Below, one piece after another: positions 27,487 to 37,500 of a stretch of DNA of 64,000 bases; within the stretch, counting starts at the first letter, position 1, and each line of letters starts with the position of its first letter. Source of the stretch: Reclinomonas americana ATCC 50394 (lineage: Eukaryota). Under the pieces are notes generated by a model. The model was not told the origin of the DNA and made no database searches. It saw only the letters and a list, made by a program, of their open reading frames with translations. The DNA lies in contig PS015009.1 of NCBI GenBank assembly GCA_048213135.1, forward strand, positions 248,001 to 312,000. Reading direction: 5' to 3'. A program made the translations under genes and the position numbers.

Positions 27487-27598
27487 ATGGCAGCTACCTA
27501 CTCTCCCACATTTTTGTGTAGTACCATCGGCCATGAGGGGCTTAACTTCTCTGTTCGGTATGGGAAGAGGTGAACACCCTCGGCAAAACCACCATAAG
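27487..27598 (-). rRNA. rrf: 5S rRNA
   Basis: Reverse complement contains CACCTCTTCCCATACCGAACAGAGAAGTTAAGC...GGGAGAGTAGGTAGCTGCC; ends approximate. Confidence 0.95.
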
Positions 27599-27695
27599 AC
27601 GGTTGTCCGAATAAACGGGAATAAATTACATATTGGGAATAAGAAGTAAAAACGTGTAATTGGTTGGTTTTTATTTTACAAGAAAATAAAAAAAT

Positions 27696-28005
27696 AAAGC
27701 TTACGGGCAATTAGTACTACTCGGCTTCGATGTTACCACCCTTATACCTGTAGCCTATCAACGTCATAGTCTTTGACGACCCTTAAAAGTAAACTCATCT
27801 TAAGGAAGGTTTCACGCTTAGATGCTTTCAGCGTTTATCCTGTCCGTACATAGCTACTCTGCATTGCACCTGGCGGCACAACAGATACACCAGCGGTACG
27901 TACGACCCGGTCCTCTCGTACTAAGGTCATGTCCTTTCAATTTACTAGCGCCCATCACAGATAGGGACCGAACTGTCTTGCGACGTTCTGAACCCAGTTC
28001 ACGTG

Positions 28006-28062
<57 letters not shown>

Positions 28063-28066
28063 CGAA

Positions 28067-28098
<32 letters not shown>

Positions 28099-28114
28099 AT
28101 GAGCTCTTGGGGGA

Positions 28115-28147
<33 letters not shown>

Positions 28148-28589
28148 CTTTGAGCGACGGCCCTTCCATACAGAACCGCCGGATCACTTTAGCCGACTTT
28201 CGTCCCTGCTCGGCTTGTATGCCTCACAGTCAAGCTCCCTTATACTAATACGCTCTATGTACGATTACCAACCGTACTGAGGGAACCTTTGCAAGCCTCC
28301 GTTACATTTTAGGAGGCGACCACCCCAGTCAAACTACCCACCATGCACTGTTTCCCGTTAGGGATTAGATTCTAAATGTTTAAAGGTTGGTATTTCAACG
28401 ACGACTCCATGATGCCTGGCGACACCACTTCAAAGTCTCCCAACTATCCTACACATCAAAAATTCAAAATCAATGCAAAGTTGTAGTGAAGGTTCATGGG
28501 GTCTTTCCGTCCCGTGACGGGTAACCGGCATCTTCACCGATACTACAATTTCACCGGGCTCGTGGAGGAGACAGTGTTCAACTCATTAG

Positions 28590-28667
<78 letters not shown>

Positions 28668-30481
28668 TGGGGCTTCAGTCAGAAGCTTTGGATTACTCCG
28701 AACATCCTTCCTTAACCTTCCAGCACCGGGCAGGTATCAGGCTCTATACGTCATCTTTCGATTTTGCAGGGCCCTGTGTTTTTGCTAAACAGTTGGTTGA
28801 ACCATTTTACTGAGACCGTCCGAAGACGGTACGCTTTATCCCGAAGTTACAGCGTCAATTTGCCTAGTTCCTTCTCCACGGCTCACCCGAGCGCCTTAGA
28901 ATATTCATCCCACCCACCTGTGTCGGTTTGCGGTACGGGCTGCTTTAAACATAACTTAGAGGTTTTTCTCGGAGGTTTGATTAGGGTCACTATCAGCTAG
29001 GCCGAAGCTTCGCTGTACTATCAGGTTCGCCAAGTCGTACGGATTTGCCTATACAACCTATAACTACACCCTTTAACGTTCTATTCCGTAAGAACGCGGA
29101 CCTTTCACTACCCCGTCACCCCATCGAATCTAAAGCAGGTGTTGGAATATTAACCAACTTGCCATCAGCTACCCCTTTCGGGTTTGCCTAAGGACCCGAC
29201 TAACCCTGATCTGATTAACATTGATCAGGAAACCTTGGGTTTACGGCGTTGAAGTTTTTCACTTCAATTATCGTTACTTATGCCTACATTTTCTTTTGAA
29301 ATCGCTCCAGCATGCGTCGCCACACACCTTCGCAGCAGATTTCAATGCTCCCCTACCACAAGTACATCTAATGTACTGTTTAGAACTTCGGTTCATGGTT
29401 TGATGCCCGATTATTTTCCGTGCAGGATCTCTCGACCAGTGAGCTGTTACGCACTCTTTAAATGAATGGCTGCTTCCAAGCCAACATCCTGGCTGTTATA
29501 GAAATCCCACCTCGTTTGATCAACTTAACCATGTATTAGGGACCTTAGTTGCTAATCTGGGTTATTTCCCTCTCGGCCATGGACCTTATCGCCCACAGCC
29601 TCACTCCCGGAGATATTTACTAGCATTCGGAGTTTGTCAGGGTTTGGTAGGCGGTGAAGCCCCCTAGCCCAATCAGTAGCTCTACCTCTAGTAAACGTCT
29701 AAAATCCGAGGCTGTTCCTAAAAACATTTCGGGGAGAACGAGCTATCTCTCAGTTTGATTGGCCTTTCACCCCTATCCACAGGTCATCCCAGAGCTTTTC
29801 AACGCTCATGGGTTCGGTCCTCCAGTGTGTGTTACCACACCTTCAACCTGCCCATGGATAGATCACAAAGTTTCGCGTCTACCCCCACTGACTAGTCGCC
29901 CTGTTTGGACTTGCTTTCGCTACGGCTCCGCTACTAAAGAGCTTAACCTCGCCAGTGAGGAGTAACTCGTAGGCTCATTATGCAAAAGGCACGCCGTCAC
30001 CATTGCTGGCTCCGACCGCTTGTAGGCACACGGTTTCAGGTACTATTTCACTCCCTTATTTAGGGTGCTTTTCACCTTTCCCTTACGGTACTGGTTCACT
30101 ATCGGTGTCTGAGGAGTATTTAGCCTTACCGGATGGTGCCGGCAGATTCAGGCAGGATTTCTCCGGTCCCGCCTTACTCAGGATACTGCTCGTCGCTGTT
30201 AATTTGTGCCTACGGGATTATCACCCTCTATGATCTAACTTTCCAGAAAGTTCGGCTTGATAACAGTTTCTAAATGCAGTCCTACAACCCCTTGGCAGCA
30301 CGCCACCAAGGTTTGGGCTATTCCCGTTTCGCTCGCCACTACTCAGGGAATCACTATTGTTTTCTTTTCCTCTCCCTACTTAGATGTTTCAGTTCAGGAG
30401 GTTGGCTCTCTTTCGAGTGATACATCTTCAATGTACCAGGTTGTCCCATTCGGAAATCTTCGGATATAACGCTTGTGTGCA

Positions 30482-30517
<36 letters not shown>

Positions 30518-30567
30518 ATCGCCTCTCAGACCCAAGGCATCCACCATGTGCCCTTAATTGCTTTAAA
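27696..30567 (-). rRNA. rrl: 23S rRNA
   Basis: Conserved 23S segments (AAGGGCACATGGTGGATGCC at the 5' end, peptidyl-transferase GGCACCTCGATGTCGG, sarcin-ricin AGTACGAGAGGAC); about 2.87 kb with no large IVS; ends approximate. Confidence 0.97.
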
Positions 30568-30801
30568 AAATTTATGTATCATACATTGCTGTATGTACGT
30601 GTTACTCGTTTTTACAACTTATTTATTTCCCAATATGTCAAAGAACTTAATCAATGTAACAATATGCAAATATGCAAATGTGACAATGAAATGCAGATGG
30701 TAAGGTTATGAACCTACAGACCTGAAGTCAACATCTAATTAATAAAAGAACTGTTTTTTAATTGGCAAATGTCCGAATCGTTCAATTTGCTAATTGTTTT
30801 G

Positions 30802-30875
30802 TGGAGGATATCGGAGTCGAACCGATGACCCTCTGCGTGCAAGGCAGATGCTCTAGCCAACTGAGCTAACCCCCC
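30802..30875 (-). tRNA. tRNA-Ala(TGC)
   Basis: GGGGGGTTAGCTCAGTTGGCTAGAGCATCTGCCTTGCACGCAGAGGGTCATCGGTTCGACTCCGATATCCTCCA cloverleaf. Confidence 0.96.
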
Positions 30876-30923
30876 AGAGAGAATTAGCCAACCAGCTAAT
30901 CAGCCAATTTGCTAATCAAGTAG

Positions 30924-30998
30924 TAGACCCGAGCAGATTTGAACTGCTGACCCCTACATTATCAGTGTAGTGCTCTAACCAGGCTGAGCTACGGATCT
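30924..30998 (-). tRNA. tRNA-Ile(GAT)
   Basis: AGATCCGTAGCTCAGCCTGGTTAGAGCACTACACTGATAATGTAGGGGTCAGCAGTTCAAATCTGCTCGGGTCTA cloverleaf. Confidence 0.96.
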
Positions 30999-31102
30999 AT
31001 TTAGGATTGCAGCCCATCTTACATGGGTTACTACATTATTAAGTTAAGAACTAAACAATGAAAGTATTTGGAAACAACAGCACGGTAAAGTTACATGCTC
31101 TA

Positions 31103-31114
31103 AAAAGGAGGTAT

Positions 31115-31154
<40 letters not shown>

Positions 31155-31228
31155 AGCCCCAGTTACTAGTTTTACCCTAGGCGACTCCTTGCGGTTATCG
31201 ACTTTAGGTACACCCAGCTTCCATGGCT

Positions 31229-31268
<40 letters not shown>

Positions 31269-31395
31269 TATCATTGCTGATATACGATTACTAGCGATTC
31301 CAGCTTCATGGGGTCGAGTTGCAGACCCCAATCCGAACTGAGACGAGTTTTTTGAGATTAGCATCCTGTTACCAGGTAGCTGCCCTTTGTACTCG

Positions 31396-31427
<32 letters not shown>

Positions 31428-31522
31428 AGGCCATGATGACTTGACATCATCCCCTCCTTCCTCACGCCTTACGGCGGCAGTTTCACTAGAGTTCCCAGCA
31501 TTACCTGATGGCAACTAGTGAT

Positions 31523-31593
<71 letters not shown>

Positions 31594-31665
31594 TACTGGC
31601 AGTGTATTGCTACACTATGAGCTTTCACCCATATTCTCCCAGCATTCTAGCCCAGGTAAGGTTCC

Positions 31666-31744
<79 letters not shown>

Positions 31745-31825
31745 TCGTACTTCCCAGGTGGGATACTTAATGCTTTCGCTCAGACACCAACAGTGTATCG
31801 CTGATGTCGAGTATCCATCGTTTAG

Positions 31826-31858
<33 letters not shown>

Positions 31859-32083
31859 ATCCCCACGCTTTCGTGCCTCAGTGTCAATAATCCCGTAGCG
31901 AGCTGCCTTCGCAATTGGTGTTCTATGTCATATCTAAGCATTTCACCGCTACATGACATATTCCGCTCACCTCCAGGATATTCAAGACCTATAGTATCAA
32001 TGGCAGTTTCCGAGTTAAGCTCGGAGATTTCACCACTGACTTACAGACCCACCTACGCACCCTTTAAACCCAGTGAATCCGGA

Positions 32084-32139
<56 letters not shown>

Positions 32140-32597
32140 ATTCCTAGGGTACCGTCAAGTGAGCAAGAATGCCCTTTTTTCGTCCCCTATAAAAGAAGTT
32201 TACAACCCAGAGGGCCTTCATCCTTCACGCGGCATGGCTGGTTCAGACTTTCGTCCATTGACCAATATTCCTTACTGCTGCCTCCCGTAGGAGTCGGGCC
32301 CGTGTCTCAGTGCCCGTGTGACTGGTCGTGCTCTCACACCAGTTACTGATCGTAGGCTTGGTGGGCCGTTACCCCGCCAACTACCTAATCAGGCGCACGC
32401 CCATCCAAAACCGCCGGAGCTATAATAATAAAGTGATGCCACTTCATTATGTTACGGGGTATTAATCCTCCTTTCGGAGGGCTATTCCCCAGTTTTGGGA
32501 AGGTTGCGTACGTGTTCCGCACCCGTTTGCCGGTCTCACAGCCGAGTATTGCTACCCAACTGATCCCCCTCGACTTGCATGTATTAAGCCTGCCGCT

Positions 32598-32631
<34 letters not shown>

Positions 32632-32635
32632 TGTA
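31103..32635 (-). rRNA. rrs: 16S rRNA
   Basis: AGAGTTTGATCCTGGCTCAG, GTGCCAGCAGCCGCGGTAA, AAGTCGTAACAAGG, 3' GAATACCTCCTTT; ends approximate. Confidence 0.98.
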
Positions 32636-32815
32636 AATGAGTTGTTTGAACTGACTGTATAATTTCATTGGAAATTAACGTCAAATTCTAAATTAATATT
32701 TGTGCGTTAACCTTACCTTGATAATCAAATGATTCTCAGATGATTATTTGCTGCTGTTTCCAAACTTTCAAAGATCTTTTCGGCTTTTCTGCCGCCCCAT
32801 TTTTGATTGGGAGTG

Positions 32816-33058
32816 CAAAGGTATAAGCCTTTATAATTCCATCCAAATTTTTCTCAACTTTTTTTTCTCTTTTTCTCTAAGAACTACCCGTTTTTGAATC
32901 AGGAGTGCAAAGGTATAAGTAGTGAGTTAATCATCCAAATTTTATTTAAAAAAACTTAAAGAAAATTTTCAGATTTTTTTGGAGAATTTGTCGAAGAACT
33001 AGTGCTTTTTTTTCAAAAGCGGACGGCAAAGATAAGGGGCTATTTCTCCCCCGCCAAT
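32816..33058 (-). promoter_or_regulatory. three tandem rRNA promoters
   Basis: (T)TTG-N20-TAnCTTTG at 32816..32847, 32908..32939 and 33027..33058. Confidence 0.8.
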
Positions 33059-33614
33059 TTATTTTGAAAAATAATTGAAAATAAACCCCTTACATGAGTA
33101 TCACGATCAGCCCTAAACCCCTTGTCATACTGAATTACAGCCCATTTGTTAAAATATATATTTTCTTTTCGCCCATATATTCATTCCCGCCTGTTTAAAA
33201 CTCTGTAACTATCGTTTATAATACCCTTTTTACTCCTGTATGCCAGTCCCCTTCCGGTTTTCAACACACCCCACCCCTTTTCGCAACCCGGATTATCCCT
33301 CTTTACTAAAAAACCCCCGTGAGGGGGTTCTAACAAAAAACTAAAAACGGTTTCCGACAATATCATTCAACCATTCTCCCTTTTACAGGAAACCTGGTGC
33401 GCCAGAAGTGACAATTATCGATGCATGATGTAACGGTATCAATTCTATCCGCACAACCAAACAACTTACCGTAATTAATCAGTTACAAAATGGCAAATAA
33501 AACAAAGCGATAACTGGGAGATGCTGTAACGGCAAGCCGGATTGAGGCAACAGGGCAAATGATTTAGTTAACGGACCGGCATTTCCGTATAACCCATTAA
33601 CACTGAGCGGTTCC

Positions 33615-34367
33615 CTATGCTTTCAGCCCTTTCGTAAATGCAGATATGCGATTGAAGAAATCGGCGATCTTGTACCTTGACATATAGATCTTCTCCCCGT
33701 TTTTCATCATCACCCTGCCTCCATCTTCAGAAAGATACTGATCAATATGGGATACATTAATGATGTAGGATTTGTGAACACGTAAAAACCAGGAGGGGTC
33801 TAACCGGGCCTGGAACTCCTTCAGGGGCCGGGACGCCACTATTACATCGCCATTGATGAGTTGTATATGTGTATAGTTACTGGAAGCCTGCAGGTAAACA
33901 ATATCACCCAGGCGTATGAAACGAAAACCCTTACTGTGGTGCAGGGCCAGCTTCTGGTCCATATAAGCCTGCTCCGCACCCAGCGGCAACGACTCCTGGT
34001 CCAGCGTTCTGATCAGCCTTTCCATAGTATCCTGGAACTCCATCTGGTCAACTGGTTTGAGCAGGTAATCAAATACAGAATGCTTGATCGCCGATAAGGT
34101 ATAATCAATATGGCCTGTTACAAAGATGGTTTTCAGCGATCCTTTATTCTTCAGTGATTGCAGCAATTCCATACCACTCTCGCCGGGCAGGTTGATATCC
34201 AGCAGCATAACATCTACTTTTTCTTCCAGCAGCACCTTCCTGGCATCCGCTGAATTCCCCACACATCCGGCAATCCTGGCTTCCGGATAAAACCCCACTA
34301 CTATATCAGCTAAATAATCCCTCATCGCCTGATCGTCATCCACGATCAGAAAAGAATAACCTATCAT
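33615..34367 (-). CDS. LytTR family response regulator
   Basis: IVDDD, LLDINLP (phospho-Asp), IFVTG, DYLLKP, FLRVHKSYIIN LytTR motif. Confidence 0.93.
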   Translation of the reverse strand: MIGYSFLIVDDDQAMRDYLADIVVGFYPEARIAGCVGNSADARKVLLEEKVDVMLLDINLPGESGMELLQSLKNKGSLKTIFVTGHIDYTLSAIKHSVFDYLLKPVDQMEFQDTMERLIRTLDQESLPLGAEQAYMDQKLALHHSKGFRFIRLGDIVYLQASSNYTHIQLINGDVIVASRPLKEFQARLDPSWFLRVHKSYIINVSHIDQYLSEDGGRVMMKNGEKIYMSRYKIADFFNRISAFTKGLKA

Positions 34368-34453
34368 CAGAATTTCCTCCGCACAAAAAATTAAAAAATT
34401 ATTTTCCAGATCCCTGCAATAATCCGAGGTGGAGCAATGTTACAAAATAAGTT

Positions 34454-34482
34454 AAAAGCCCCGGAAAACCCCGGGGCTTTTG
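34454..34482 (-). terminator. terminator after large T9SS gene
   Basis: AAAAGCCCCGG-aaaacc-CCGGGGCTTTT symmetric hairpin. Confidence 0.75.
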
Positions 34483-34504
34483 TTGTGTGAAAAAAAGTTA
34501 ATTA

Positions 34505-37500
34505 TTACTGAATAACAACTCTTCCTACTGCGAGACGGTTGCCGTTCTGGTCACCAAGTTCAACCCAGTAGATACCTTTTCCAAACTTGCTCATGTCAAC
34601 ATCCATACGTGCGTAAGGAGCAGTGATGCTGTTCTGCTGAACAAGCACCCTTTGTCCTGCTGCATTATAGACAGTCAGACCACGAACCAGTGTATTGGCA
34701 TTTACACTGTAGTACCTTACCTGGAACCTGCCGGTATTGGGGTTCGGATAAATGAACAGTTTAGTGTTAACCGAATCGGAGATCAGTATAGAGTTGGATG
34801 AACTGCCACAGCCATTGACATCATTAACTGTCAGCGTATACAAACCTAACCCGTCTGCATCTACATACAGCGAGGCTCCATTGGCACCTGGCACCACTAC
34901 TCCATTCCTTCTCCAGGTGTAAGTAGCGGCAGCGTTAGGGGTTATACTTGAGCTGATCGTTGTTGTCAGACCCGGGAACAACCTGGTATAAGGTGATGCC
35001 GAAAGGGTAACCACCGGCAGCGGATTCACCGTCAGCGTGGCGATTGCAGAAATGATACTTCCGCAAGGGGCAGTTGAGACAGAATCCCTGTACAGGTAAT
35101 TGTTCATAGACAAGAGAGGATTGGTAATGGTTAGTGTTCCGGTGGTCGCACCACTGTAAACACCCCCGTTAGCGATGTTGGTCCATGTATTACCATTATC
35201 ACTGCTCACCTGCCAGTGATGCGATGGAGCCGTACCACTTACAACAGTTGTAAACGTAGCTATACCATTGGTACAGGTCGCCACATTAGCAGGTTGCCCA
35301 CTAATGGATAATGGTGTGTTCACTGTAACCGGTACGGTGCGTACAGGCGAGGTACAGGTACCGTTGGCTACCGTTACAGCATAAGTAGTAGAAACTGCAG
35401 GACTTGCATAAACGGTTTGCACAGGAGTGCCCGCAATATACGGAGTGCTGCCTCCCGGATCGGTATACAAGCCGGTTGCGGGAGTCCATACGCCCAGTGG
35501 CGCTGCGCCATAGGAAAGCGTAATGCTCCATGAAACCAGTGTACCTACGTCAAGTGCGCCGCCATCGGCTATTGCCAATGTCCAGTTACCGTTTGGCTGG
35601 GAGTAAAGATCAGGGAATCCTGTTGCGTTGGATACAAACCCTGCCGGGTTCTGCACAGTCGGACCTGCGATTGTACCGTTGATGGCATCAGGTTTAAAAG
35701 TAGCTGTCCATGGATTGGTACCTGAAGACAGCGGGTTAACCCCCTGTGAACTGATAACGGTATTGGTCATGCCCGTGGTAACGGCAGAGCCGCCGGTAGC
35801 AGTCAGGTACTTATCCAAAGCCAGTATGCTGTTGTTGGGTGCTTTGAGATTGATCACCAGGTCACCTACCCACGTATGGGTAATGTTCAGTGTAACTGCG
35901 ATGTTATTGATACTGCCCGGGGTAAGACCTGAAACAGGAATGGTATGGGATATACCGTTCGCCGTGTTATCGGGTATGGCTATGTTCACAATACCAGAGT
36001 TGAACGTGCTGGCCAAAGGAGCAATGGACAATTGCTGTATTCCTCCAAGACATATAGTAGCGGATGCCGGTGTTACGACCGGTGCTCCCGGAGTATAGTT
36101 TACCGTTACGGTTCCCGTACCTATGCAACCTGTGGTTGGGTTGGTTGCAGAAACAGTATAAGTTGTATTTGCTCCCGGAGCGGCATATACAGTTGCCGTT
36201 GGGGTGCCTGCTATATAAGCATTGCCACCGGTTGCATCGGTATACAAACCAGTAGCGGGGCTCCAGGTGAAGTTACCGCCTGTTGGGCTGCTGGCAGTCA
36301 GCTGTGTTGCATTGATACCGGCAACACCACCACAAACAGGACCTGCAGGGCTGATGGTAACAACCGGCAGCGGGTTAACAGTAAGGATGCCTGCGAGAGA
36401 GTTAGCTGAAGGAGGACATGTGCCGCTAACAACGATGCGGTAGCGATAACCATTCATAGCCGGTGTAACAGGGCCAACCGTTAAGGTTGTTGTTGTCACT
36501 CCGGAATATAAACCACCATTAGAAAGACTGCTCCAGTTCGTTCCGCCATCAATACTTTGCTGCCACTGGTAAGTGATACCAGCACCTGAACCGGTTGCAG
36601 TGAAAGTGGCTGTTGCACCGGCACAAACTGTAGTATTGCCCGGCTGAGCAGTTACAGCAGGTAACTGGTTAACATTGATAGTGATCTGGGCTGTAGTCTG
36701 ACATCCGTTGGGTTCAGTAGCCAGTACCTGGTAGGTAGTGGTTTGCATTGGAGAAGCCGCTACAGGGTTGGTTGTGGTTGAGCTCAGTCCGGCTGCCGGA
36801 GACCATTGGAATGTATATCCTGCCGGTAAACTTGCCGGAGGCAAATTGAATACAATATTGAAACCGCCATTGAGTGAACCTACGTCACCAGCACCATCAT
36901 CGGTGATGAACATTTTCCAGGTACCGTTGAAGTCACCTGTGAAAGTAGACAGTGGCAGTTGTGATCCGAATACACCGGGACCGGGAGCCGGCCAGTTATC
37001 AGGATCGCTGGCAGGGAACAGGTAATCTACCAGGTTGGTAGGTTTCCATGTGGTGCCGCTTGCCGGGGGATCGGTTCCACCCAGGGTATTGTTCAGGTTC
37101 AGCGGAGCCGCGTCATCAAATGTAAGGGTATGATTCGCAAGATCGCCACTCCTTCCGCAGTCAGCCATGATCACCACGTTCTGACCTGTTGGTGATTGCA
37201 GGAGGATATTCACGTCGCTCATCCAGGTATGGCTGAGGCCCATCAGGGTCACACTTTTCACGGAAACGCCGCTTGCAGGCAGACCGCTTACACTGAGGTT
37301 GATCGGGTAAATGGATGCAGGTGCCGGTGCTGTACTGCTGCCGCTGCCGGTGCCTGGTATCAAGATGTTAGCCGGCGGAGCAGTAAAGGTTACTGAACCT
37401 TGCCCGGGAGCTACGGTCAGCAATTTAGGATTGCCGGCGCAAAGCGGACCTGTAGGGTCATCTATAATGCGTAATGGTGTTGTTGTAACAGGGCTAACTG

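Noticed and set aside
27498..32640. Short ORFs across the rRNA operon; a 23S intervening sequence
   Set aside because: The ORFs are spurious translations of rRNA, and the 23S and 16S lengths are ordinary.
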